IMG/VR virus record: IMGVR_UViG_3300019378_000951
Span: 1-64,000 of that record
Source of the DNA: a virus
Lineage: Duplodnaviria; Caudoviricetes
Reading direction: 5' to 3' (one strand)
Length of the DNA stretch: 64,000 bases
In this document: positions 1 through 8,966 of the stretch, piece by piece
How positions within the stretch are numbered: position 1 is the stretch's first letter
How the letters are laid out: each line of letters starts with the position of its first letter
The notes under the pieces: model-generated
The model's database searches: none
The model's input: the letters and a program-made list of their open reading frames with translations, nothing else
What the model was told of the DNA's origin: nothing
Made by a program: the position numbers and the translations under genes

Positions 1-316
1 GCAAAGATATAACAATGAACTAAGAGCTGGAAAAATGAGAACTGAAATAAAAGCTGGAAAAGAAAGAACTGCTAAATTAGCTAGAAAAGCTGGTCTTAAA
101 AAAGCAGGATTAGCTGCTGCTGGAGCAGCTGCGTTAGGTGGAGCTGCATACGGAGTAAACAAAGCTATAAAAGCTAGAAGAGCTAAAAAAGCTGCTGAAG
201 TTGCAGTAGAAGAAGGAGTATCATTAGACGAAGCAATGATGTGGGTATTAGAATGTGAACAAGAATACTTAAATGAAGGATACGACTTTATCGATATATA
301 TGGAGATTGGGAATAA
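1..316 (+). CDS. 3' part of Lys/Ala-rich putative internal head protein (truncated by window edge)
   Basis: Frame is open from position 2; basic region, AGLAAAGAAALGGAAYGV helix, acidic tail with phi-x-E motifs. Confidence 0.5.
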   Translation, partial: QRYNNELRAGKMRTEIKAGKERTAKLARKAGLKKAGLAAAGAAALGGAAYGVNKAIKARRAKKAAEVAVEEGVSLDEAMMWVLECEQEYLNEGYDFIDIYGDWE

Positions 317-322
317 TAAAAT

Positions 323-351
323 ATAGGATAGATCATTTTGATCTATCCTAT
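323..351 (+). terminator. Hairpin terminator
   Basis: ataggatagatca-ttt-tgatctatcctat inverted repeat just after the stop. Confidence 0.6.
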
Positions 352-582
352 TATTACTTTGTAATTTTATTTTATTTCCTTAATTTTAATATTTAATTTG
401 TAATATTTAATTATTAATTTCAAATATATATTATTACTTTGTAGCAGAGTGTATGAACAAATTGTTACCTATAATTTTACGCGTATTATTACATCAAATT
501 TTAATTAAATTAGTGAGTGGAGGTATATAGTATGATGGAGTACAATAATAAAACTAATAATACCATGGGAGGGAATACAATT

Positions 583-1260
583 ATGTTTAACTATGATGAA
601 CTTACTAAAAAGATAAACGAGATAATGAATTTACAGAATATAGAGAATGCTAACGCTAATGTAGACGAAGCTAGTTTCTCAGGTAAGAATGAAAAAGCTG
701 CTGGATTATTACTTAAAGATTATGCACTTGACAATTTGATTGATCCTAAGATAGCTCAATATCATAGAGATGGAATATTATACACTCATGATCTAGACAG
801 ATATGCATCAGGTATGCATAATTGTCTTATAGTAGATTTTACAGATTTATTTGAAAACAATGGAGGATTTGCAACTAGAAATGGAGACGTAAGAAAGCCA
901 AATGGTATACAAGCATTTTTTCAATTAGTAGCAGTGGTATTCCAATGCGCATCGCAATGCCAATTTGGGGGGATAGGCTCAGCTAAAATTGATTATGAAG
1001 CAGCTCCATATGTTGCTAAAACATTTACTAAAAAGTATAAAGAAGCATTAATGGATTTATATGATCTAACATCAGAAGAAGCAAAAATTACTATGAAAAG
1101 AATAGAAGAAATTGGCATAGAGATAAGATTAGGAAATGAAAAATTAATAGAACATAACGAAAGATTATATAAGATAACTAAGAGACATGTAGAAGAAAGC
1201 GTTAAACAAGGAGCTGAAAGTTTATATCATAATCTTAATACACTTGAATCTAGACCAGGT
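583..1260 (+). CDS. nrdD: Anaerobic ribonucleoside-triphosphate reductase, exon 1
   Basis: NENANVD-like start, HDLD, HNC, QFGG, LYHNLNTLESRPG; RBS GGAGGG before ATG 583; joins in frame to SQVPFTSINFG. Confidence 0.93.
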
Positions 1261-2659
1261 CAAAAAACTTGTTTCTAAAGTTTTCACTTTCAATATAACA
1301 AATGTATATTATAGTATAGAATGTACAATATATATTGAAAGGATGATTATAATGAAAAAGAAAAATCTTGAATTTACTGATGAGATAATAAAATTGTATA
1401 AAGAGGGTCTTAGTTGTGAAGCAATATCTAAACATTTTGAAAAGAAATTTAGTGCAACACATGTACGAAATGTATTAAAAGATAATAACGTCCCAATGCG
1501 TACAAAAGGTGGTTGTACTGTAATAGACGAATCTATTTTAATAGATATGTATGTAAATCAAAAAATGAGTTTACAAGATATTGCTGATAAAACTGGTAGA
1601 AAGAGTTTAGAAAGTATAAGACAAATCATGATTAAAAACAATATACCTCTTAGAAACAGAGCAGCTCTTTCTAAAAAAGATACAACACTAAATGAAGATT
1701 TCTTTGAAATGATTGATACTGAATTTAAAGCTTATATACTTGGATTTTTAATAACAGATGGAAATGTATCTGAAAGAACTAATAGTCAACCAAGAATAAG
1801 AATACAAATTCATGATAAAGATGAATATATATTAGAAGAATTTAAAAAACAATTAAATTCATCCAATAAAATTAATCATTTCAATGAAGATAGACGAAAA
1901 AATCATGTAGAATTATGTGTTCATTCACAAAAAATGTTCGATGATTTGTCAAAGTATGGTGTTGTACCTAATAAGACTTGGAATACTTATTTGCCTGATA
2001 ATATACCTAATGATCTTATATCACATCTTATAAGAGGTATAATGGATGGTGATGGATGGATAGCTAAAAAAGATGCATTTATAGGATTTATTGGAACTAA
2101 TAAGTTAATGCATCAAATTAAAGATCAAATTCAATCTGAACTATCAATAGAAGGTAAGATATGTATTAAAAATGATGATACTGAACTATCAGAATTATGG
2201 TATGCTGATAATAATAGTAAAGAACTTATGTATCATTATTTGTACGATAATGCAAATTATTATCTCGTTAGAAAAAAAGATAATCTTGAAAACTTTTTGA
2301 AAGACAAGGGCCTACTAGACTAGGAATAGTCTAGTGTAATCGGGCAATATCGGTGAAGGCTAAGTCTCATAAGAGATATGCTAATACCGAGATAAGTATG
2401 AGAACTAAAGCGCTCATACCATCGTAACGCGTAGTAGGTGAACCTCGAAAGAGAATATAATCCTACCAAGAGTGTCCGACACATCATTCTGAAATGAGTG
2501 ATCGCTTAGGAGATTGGTCCTTAAGTGCCAAAATGGGTGAAAATGTACGCTGAGCTGGATCGGAATTGACCGGTCGTATACAGTTATATAAATGGGTGAC
2601 TGTAGATGAGTGAAAACTCCAGAAGATTTGGATAAAAAGCCAAATCGATAACACAACTG
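1261..2659 (+). mobile_element. Group I intron 1 in nrdD, with homing endonuclease in loop L1
   Basis: Exon ends in U (GGU), intron ends in G; P1 AGGU/C pairs with GGCCU at 2309-2313; P4 UCGGUG/UACCGA; P7 GCGUA/UACGC; splicing restores SRPG-SQVPF. Confidence 0.92.
1352..2323 (+). CDS. Intron-encoded LAGLIDADG homing endonuclease with N-terminal HTH repeats
   Basis: Two motifs, YILGFLITDG and LIRGIMDGDG; RBS AAGGA before ATG 1352. Confidence 0.88.
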   Translation: MKKKNLEFTDEIIKLYKEGLSCEAISKHFEKKFSATHVRNVLKDNNVPMRTKGGCTVIDESILIDMYVNQKMSLQDIADKTGRKSLESIRQIMIKNNIPLRNRAALSKKDTTLNEDFFEMIDTEFKAYILGFLITDGNVSERTNSQPRIRIQIHDKDEYILEEFKKQLNSSNKINHFNEDRRKNHVELCVHSQKMFDDLSKYGVVPNKTWNTYLPDNIPNDLISHLIRGIMDGDGWIAKKDAFIGFIGTNKLMHQIKDQIQSELSIEGKICIKNDDTELSELWYADNNSKELMYHYLYDNANYYLVRKKDNLENFLKDKGLLD

Positions 2660-3472
2660 TCTCAAGTTCCATTTACAAGTATAAACTTTGGTACTGATAC
2701 TAGTGCTGAAGGTAGATTGGTTACAAAAGCATTATTAGAAGCATCAATAGATGGTATTGGTAGATATCACAGAACAAGTATATTCCCAATATCTATATTT
2801 AAACATAAAAAAGGTGTTAATGATAAACCAGGAACACCTAACTATGATTTATTGCAACTAGCAATAAAATCGTTAACTAAGCGTATATATCCAAACATAG
2901 TTAATGTCGATGCTGATATATGGGCTAATCCAAGTTGTCCTGAAGAAGAAGGGGTAACAATGGGTTGTAGAACTATGTTAGGAAAAGATAGACATGGATT
3001 AATAGGTCCAGGCGGTAGAGGAAATCTAGCTCCAGTAACTATGAATTTAGTATATCTTGGTATTAAAAATGGTATATGTTTAGGTGAAAGAGAAGTTCCA
3101 GATGTAAACGGATTCTTTAGAGATTTAGAAGCTTTAATGTTAGATGCAGAAAAAGCTTTATTAGATAGATATGAATGGGTATGTAGTCAAAAAGCAAGAT
3201 CTGGACATTTTAGTTACGCTAATGGTATAATTAAGAATACATTAGGTAGAAAGTTAAAACCAGATGAAGAAGTTAGAGAATGTATGAAACATGAAACTTT
3301 AGCAATAGGATATATAGGAATAGCTGAATGCTGTAAAGCATTATTTGGACATACTCATGCTAAGAATAAAGAAGCATATGATTTTGCATTAAAAGTAGTA
3401 ACAAGAATAAATGCATTTACTAAAGAAGCTGCAGAACGTAATGATCTTAACTTCTCTTGTTATGCAACACCT
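2660..3472 (+). CDS. nrdD: nrdD exon 2
   Basis: SQVPFTSINFG, IFPI, MGCRT, GRGNL, IGYIG, YATP; 813 nt, in frame. Confidence 0.93.
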
Positions 3473-4478
3473 AAACAGTTGGGTCTTTAGCTTGAAAGGG
3501 CTATCGAATAACCTCGTTAAACGGGCTGAACGTAATAAGTTGGTAAGAAAGGCTAAACCTTTTTTAAAGGCAAGCTAACCCCGTAGGAAAGAATTTGAGT
3601 TTGTAAACGCCATATAACATATTTTTATAAATTACGCAACCCTAAGAAAGGATATGATAATATGGCAAGAAGAAAGTATGTTACTATAAGTATAGAAGAA
3701 GTTGGTGAAGATATAAAATTAATTAATATCGAAGGAAATTCAGATTATTATATAAGTAAAAATGGCAATGTATATAGAGAAATGGAACCGGGAAGATTTT
3801 ACAAGATGTCCTTAGATATTAATAAAGTTGGGTATAATTACATTGGATTAAAGCTAAATGGGAAAACTGTAAAAAGACGAGTTCATAGGCTTGTTGCATT
3901 AACGTGGATACCAAATCCTAATCCATCAATCAATACGATAGTTGGTCATAAAGATAATAATAAACGTAATAATTGTGTTGAAAATTTATATTGGACTACT
4001 ATATCAGAAAACACTCAAAAAGCATTTGATGATGGATTAATAGAAAATGTAAAAAGTTTTGATGATTCACAATCTCATACAATTATGGTTTATGATCTTA
4101 ATATGAATCTAATTGAAGTTTGTGGTTCGTCAAAAGAAGTCGATCGCAAGTACAAAGTTTCCCATACAACTGTAATGAGACAGTGCCAAGGCAAATTTAA
4201 AGGAAAACCAAGATGCGGTTATATTTTTAAATTTTTAGGATGGAACGATCCAACTTCACCAAATTTTGAAACAAACTCAAAGGAAAATCTCTAACGATCA
4301 TCGAAACCAATAAATGTAACCGACTTTATTAATAAAGTTGGAATAAGGTATACAATTTGTATACACGAAGGGAGTAGAGTAGGCTTTATTGCCGAAAAGC
4401 GAGGGTGCCAGTAGTGATATTGGTACGTGATATGATCTAAACCCCTAATGAAGTATCGGGAAACCGAGGGTTCAATTG
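3473..4478 (+). mobile_element. Group I intron 2 in nrdD
   Basis: P1 ACCU/GGGU with U-G pair; P7 GAUCA/UGAUC; terminal G; splicing restores YATP-AENLC. Confidence 0.92.
3662..4294 (+). CDS. Intron-encoded NUMOD4/HNH homing endonuclease
   Basis: YYISKNGNV, VHRLVALTWIPN, VGHKDNNKRNNCVENLYW; C-terminal DNA-binding-like region. Confidence 0.9.
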   Translation: MARRKYVTISIEEVGEDIKLINIEGNSDYYISKNGNVYREMEPGRFYKMSLDINKVGYNYIGLKLNGKTVKRRVHRLVALTWIPNPNPSINTIVGHKDNNKRNNCVENLYWTTISENTQKAFDDGLIENVKSFDDSQSHTIMVYDLNMNLIEVCGSSKEVDRKYKVSHTTVMRQCQGKFKGKPRCGYIFKFLGWNDPTSPNFETNSKENL

Positions 4479-4973
4479 GCTGAAAATTTATGTCATACAT
4501 TAGCTAAAACATTAAAATCTCAATTTGGTGTGTTAGAAGGAATAACAGATAGAGATTATATAACTAACTCTCACCATGTTCCAGTATATGAAAAAGTATC
4601 AATATTTAGAAAACTTGAATTAGAAGCTCCATTTGCTAAACTTGCTAATGGTGGTTATATAGCATATGTAGAATTAGAATCTACTGTAGTTAAAAATCAA
4701 GAAGCTATAGCTAAGATAATTAAGTATGCTATGGACTTAGGAGTAACTTATTTAGCATTTAATTTCCCAATAGACACATGTTTATCTTGCGGATATTCAG
4801 GAGAGATAGATCAAGACGAGTGTCCTATGTGTAAATCTGATAAGATAGAAAGACTAAGACGAGTTACAGGATACTTAACTACAGATTATCATAAATTTAA
4901 TAAAGGTAAAATTTCAGAAGTACATGATAGAGTAAAACATAGCAAGTATACAGATGATGAAGAATTATTTTAA
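4479..4973 (+). CDS. nrdD: nrdD exon 3 (glycyl radical domain)
   Basis: YITNSHHV, two CxxC pairs, RRVTGYL radical motif. Confidence 0.93.
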   Translation, partial: AENLCHTLAKTLKSQFGVLEGITDRDYITNSHHVPVYEKVSIFRKLELEAPFAKLANGGYIAYVELESTVVKNQEAIAKIIKYAMDLGVTYLAFNFPIDTCLSCGYSGEIDQDECPMCKSDKIERLRRVTGYLTTDYHKFNKGKISEVHDRVKHSKYTDDEELF

Positions 4974-4977
4974 TAAA

Positions 4978-5007
4978 AAGAGGATATACTGAAAAGTATA
5001 TCCTCTT
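4978..5007 (+). terminator. Hairpin terminator
   Basis: aagaggatatact-gaaa-agtatatcctctt. Confidence 0.7.
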
Positions 5008-5036
5008 AATAATTTTTTATAATAGGAGGTATATTT

Positions 5037-5333
5037 ATGAAAATTTTAAATGTAAGGCAGTGCATTACCGAATATGTATATGAATTCTATATTGATATAA
5101 TTCCTAGCGCACTAGTGTTTAATATGAATACAAATCAAGTAGGCAAAGCGCTAGTAAAAAGTGATGAAGATTATATGATTCCTTATTTAAAGTATTCAAC
5201 ATTTGAGTATTATGACAATAATAATAAATTATGTTTTTGTGTACCATTATCTGATTATTACAAATCTAAAAAAACTGATATTTTGATTGATTCTACACTT
5301 GTAAAAAAATTTATTGTAGATCTATTATTATAA
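5037..5333 (+). CDS. Small protein, C-terminal-tag paralog family
   Basis: RBS GGAGG; LVFNMNTNQVG; ends KFIVDLLL. Confidence 0.75.
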   Translation: MKILNVRQCITEYVYEFYIDIIPSALVFNMNTNQVGKALVKSDEDYMIPYLKYSTFEYYDNNNKLCFCVPLSDYYKSKKTDILIDSTLVKKFIVDLLL

Positions 5334-5376
5334 AGAAATGATGGATATAAACTTTATTATAAGAGGAGACAATCAT

Positions 5377-5901
5377 ATGATGAATTATACTATAAAGAAT
5401 ATCGCACTGTTGGGAATAGCAATCGATAATGAAGATGTGTTTCAAGTAGCTTTAGCAAATGATGGTAAGTATATAAATGACGGTATGAAAAATTATTTCG
5501 TTTTGTATGTTCCACGAGAAAATGATAAAAGCTTATTTAGAGATTATATATGTATACCATTAGATAATATTGAAGATAGTTTAGATCTTATTAATTGGAA
5601 AGTAAATCTAATGAACGATAAATGCAAATGGATTGAATATTTTATTGTACCAGTAGATGAATATAGTCAAAAGTATAATTATGTAGAAACTGCTTATAAA
5701 GCATATGTTATGATAGATAGCAATACGTATACTGATGCTAAAGAATATAGTAATGGATCATTAGTTAATAAAAGATATGATCTTATAGAAAATGATTATT
5801 TAGAGAACAGAAAAGAATATGATAAGATTTTAGAAAAGTGTATAATTGAAATGAAAATTTCAGGAGAAGATTGGTGGTGTGAATGTGACGGCTCCAATTA
5901 A
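5377..5901 (+). CDS. Hypothetical protein, possible divergent family member
   Basis: RBS GAGGAG; KCIIEMKI followed by a short extension. Confidence 0.65.
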   Translation: MMNYTIKNIALLGIAIDNEDVFQVALANDGKYINDGMKNYFVLYVPRENDKSLFRDYICIPLDNIEDSLDLINWKVNLMNDKCKWIEYFIVPVDEYSQKYNYVETAYKAYVMIDSNTYTDAKEYSNGSLVNKRYDLIENDYLENRKEYDKILEKCIIEMKISGEDWWCECDGSN

Positions 5902-5933
5902 AGAGTAATCACATTATTTTTTGGAGGTAAGCT

Positions 5934-6311
5934 ATGCAAAGAATAGGCAGATGGATATTAGAGTATGATAGTGAAAGCTATTTAGTAAAAGACCTTTATT
6001 TGTACTGGGTAGTTTCTGACAATGATGCTCATGATAATTTTATGAGTTTTTGTATAGGTTATAATACATTTAACAATAACTTGGGATTTTTAATATATGA
6101 CAGTAATAATAAATGGAATAAAGATATTGAAATTATAGAAAGAATAAAAAATGATGATTTTCCTTGGATTGATATATTATTATTAAGTCATATTAATAAT
6201 GAAGACGACTATGAACCACAATATTATGAGTATATTAAATTTATAGAAGAAGTAGACATTAACGAAGTAAAAAGACTAATAGATAAAGAATTAGTAGATG
6301 ACTTATTATAG
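5934..6311 (+). CDS. Small protein, C-terminal-tag paralog family
   Basis: IGYNTFNNNLG; ends KELVDDLL. Confidence 0.75.
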   Translation: MQRIGRWILEYDSESYLVKDLYLYWVVSDNDAHDNFMSFCIGYNTFNNNLGFLIYDSNNKWNKDIEIIERIKNDDFPWIDILLLSHINNEDDYEPQYYEYIKFIEEVDINEVKRLIDKELVDDLL

Positions 6312-6321
6312 GAGGAAATTT

Positions 6322-6654
6322 ATGGATTTTAATATTGAAGATCCTATTGAATGTAAAACATTCGGAGTTTATGAATTTTGGGCAATATCTGAAGAATCTC
6401 GTTCAGGCGAAATGCTTGTTTATGATATAAACACAGAAACCATAGGAAAAGCCGTATTTTCTAATTCAGTTATAATAACTGAATATAAATTGAAGACATT
6501 ATTTACTTATAAAGATGCTGATGATAAAAATTGTAGTGCATTATCCATACCAGAATATATTAGAGAAATTAATGGTGATGATAATCAACTATCATTTTTA
6601 TACTTAGTAGATCCAATAAAAGTTAAAAAAATGTTAGTAGATATAATATTATAG
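6322..6654 (+). CDS. Small protein, C-terminal-tag paralog family
   Basis: RBS GGAGG; LVYDINTETIG; ends KMLVDIIL. Confidence 0.75.
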   Translation: MDFNIEDPIECKTFGVYEFWAISEESRSGEMLVYDINTETIGKAVFSNSVIITEYKLKTLFTYKDADDKNCSALSIPEYIREINGDDNQLSFLYLVDPIKVKKMLVDIIL

Positions 6655-6708
6655 GAGGAGTCTAATAAATTATTGATAGATGGTTTAATATAAGAGGAGG
6701 ATGATATT

Positions 6709-7107
6709 ATGACATTTAATAATACAATATGTAAAAGTGCTAATAATCATGAATTAAATGAGAATATATATGAAATTAGATTAGAATGGTATAGTAAAGG
6801 TATTGATGGTAATAATGAATTAATGTGGTTAACTTTGGCCTATGATGAAGATACTAAAGAATGGGGAGTTGCTGCTGATGAGACCGATTGTTCTTTAGAA
6901 ATGCGAAGATACAAATTATTTGAGTATATAGATCCTGACGGCTGTAGTTGTATCGCTGTTGATGTTGTTAAGTATTCTGAAGCTATATTACCTCCCAATT
7001 TAGAGTGTTATAGTCGAGATATTAAATTGCTATACAATGAATATACTAAAGACAAAGAAGGATTCTATAAATTTATTACAAAATGTATAGTAGATAATCA
7101 ATTATAA
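6709..7107 (+). CDS. Small protein, C-terminal-tag paralog family
   Basis: LAYDEDTKEWG; ends KCIVDNQL. Confidence 0.75.
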   Translation: MTFNNTICKSANNHELNENIYEIRLEWYSKGIDGNNELMWLTLAYDEDTKEWGVAADETDCSLEMRRYKLFEYIDPDGCSCIAVDVVKYSEAILPPNLECYSRDIKLLYNEYTKDKEGFYKFITKCIVDNQL

Positions 7108-7112
7108 GGAGG

Positions 7113-7514
7113 ATGATAAGCATGCAAGAAGTTATAAATGAATTAACTATAGAAGATATAAAAGTATTAGGATGTGCTTCTGATTTGCCTGATTTCTATG
7201 AATTAATCATAGACTTACATGCTCATGTTGCAATAGAACCATATTCTAGAATTGCAATAGGATATGATACTGAAGCTAAAAAATTGCATATTATTGAATT
7301 TAGTGATAGTGACGAATATGAGGATATAGACGAGTTTGTGATTAAGGAATATACTGATTGCGAAGGTTATAAAAGTATCATAGTCGATCCAGCATTTGTT
7401 GATATATGCCATAGACACATTATGAAGGATATAAGAGAATTTATACAACTTACAGAAAATGATGAAAGAATTTTTAAATTATTAGACAGAGCAATTTTAG
7501 AATATATATTATAA
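7113..7514 (+). CDS. Small protein, C-terminal-tag paralog family
   Basis: IGYDTEAKKL; ends RAILEYIL. Confidence 0.75.
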   Translation: MISMQEVINELTIEDIKVLGCASDLPDFYELIIDLHAHVAIEPYSRIAIGYDTEAKKLHIIEFSDSDEYEDIDEFVIKEYTDCEGYKSIIVDPAFVDICHRHIMKDIREFIQLTENDERIFKLLDRAILEYIL

Positions 7515-7552
7515 AATTGGAATACATTAGATAATGGGAGGATAAGAACTGA

Positions 7553-8062
7553 ATGATAAAAATTGCTGGCGTGCAATTAGAAAGTGTAGTAGATGGATAT
7601 GGTATACGTAATACAATATTTACACAAGGGTGTAAACATCATTGTAAAGGTTGCCATAATCCAGAGACATGGCCAGTGAACGCAGGGAAGTTGTTTGATT
7701 ATGATCAACAAATGAAGTTTATAAACAACTCTAAAGAAAATCCATTAATAGACGGTTTAACTTTATCAGGTGGAGATCCAATAATACAAGCACATGAAGT
7801 GTTAAAATTTATTAAATTATACAAAAAAGAAATTCCACATCATAATATATGGCTTTATACTGGATACACATATGAAGAGCTAATATCGATGAATGATGAA
7901 GATGTAAATGGAATACTTGATATGATAGATGTGTTAGTTGACGGAAAATTTGTGATTGAATTAAAGACTTTAGATTATGTTTTTAGAGGCAGTAGTAATC
8001 AAAGATTGATAGATATGAATAAAACTAAAAATGATAATATTGTTTTGCTTAAAGAAAAGTAA
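7553..8062 (+). CDS. nrdG: Anaerobic RNR activating protein (radical SAM)
   Basis: VDGYGIR, CKHHCKGCHN (CxxxCxxC), LSGGDP, RGSSNQR. Confidence 0.95.
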   Translation: MIKIAGVQLESVVDGYGIRNTIFTQGCKHHCKGCHNPETWPVNAGKLFDYDQQMKFINNSKENPLIDGLTLSGGDPIIQAHEVLKFIKLYKKEIPHHNIWLYTGYTYEELISMNDEDVNGILDMIDVLVDGKFVIELKTLDYVFRGSSNQRLIDMNKTKNDNIVLLKEK

Positions 8063-8093
8063 AAGAATAACCCCATATAGAGGTTATTCTTTT
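8061..8093. terminator. Bidirectional terminator between convergent nrdG and tail tube genes
   Basis: aaaagaataacc...ggttattctttt with A and T tracts. Confidence 0.7.
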
Positions 8094-8095
8094 TT

Positions 8096-8944
8096 TTATT
8101 GTATTCCTTTTGATTCACCAGTTTTACCTGCATATGGATGTTCAATAGAAGTTTTTTCACCATTAAGTTTATGATATGTTAAGAAGTCATTTGATGTATC
8201 ATAACCAGTATCGATATCAATTTTATCAGGTGGATCAAATAATCCTTCTGTTCTAAATCCATGTGTGTGTTTTAATAATGCTTGTGCATAAGCATCAACT
8301 TTAGCAGATATATGCATGTTACATTTTAATGGTATTTCAATTTCAACTACAGATTTATCTCCTTGATCAAAGTTAAAATGAGCTAGAGGTATTCTAGTTG
8401 GGAATACATTTGTAAAGTATGCAGCAAATTCTATATTATAATAATGAGTTGATGCATTACCGTCCGGTCTAGTTACGATATACATAAACTCACCAGTATG
8501 GTTTGCAGCTTTATACTCTTTTTGATATAAAGCAGGATATGTGGCTATACCAGTTTCAGGGTCTCTTATTCCAGAAGCCCAAGCTTGATAAGCATTTTTT
8601 ATTGGAGAGCCACTGAATTCTTGATGTTTTATTGTAATTTCAGTATTGGCCTTAGTAACTCCAGCTGCAACATTATATTCGTTATTAGCAAATCCGTATT
8701 GATAAGCTTGGGTATCTATTTCTATATCAGAAATACCTTGTAAAGATTTAAAGTTTCTTTGAGTTAGTTCTTTGAAACTAGTAAAACCTGCGTCATCTAG
8801 CCAATCTGGTAGTCTAGTCCAGACAATAAACGCATAACCTGTAACTAACGGGTCAAAGTTTTGTAATTCATTATGAGTAAGTTCTAAACCACCATGGAAA
8901 AAATTCCTAGCATCTACCTCATAATTATGTCCAGGTAAAATCAT
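8096..8944 (-). CDS. Putative tail tube protein
   Basis: Immediately downstream of the sheath; E-x-SGSPI...W..GIRDPETG pattern, beta-rich. Confidence 0.7.
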   Translation of the reverse strand: MILPGHNYEVDARNFFHGGLELTHNELQNFDPLVTGYAFIVWTRLPDWLDDAGFTSFKELTQRNFKSLQGISDIEIDTQAYQYGFANNEYNVAAGVTKANTEITIKHQEFSGSPIKNAYQAWASGIRDPETGIATYPALYQKEYKAANHTGEFMYIVTRPDGNASTHYYNIEFAAYFTNVFPTRIPLAHFNFDQGDKSVVEIEIPLKCNMHISAKVDAYAQALLKHTHGFRTEGLFDPPDKIDIDTGYDTSNDFLTYHKLNGEKTSIEHPYAGKTGESKGIQ

Positions 8945-8966
8945 CCATTATCATTCCTTTCTTCTA

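Noticed and set aside
2414-2672. Minus-strand ORFs 2414-2665 and 2484-2672 (also 4291-4500)
   Set aside because: Antisense to GC-richer intron cores; no RBS
583-4973. nrdD fragments as a pseudogene or intein-split gene
   Set aside because: Fragments join in frame at U|...G| junctions with group I cores; no intein Cys/His-Asn ends
5037-7514. Integron-like or diversity-generating retroelement array
   Set aside because: No attC-like repeats, template/variable repeat pair, integrase or reverse transcriptase seen
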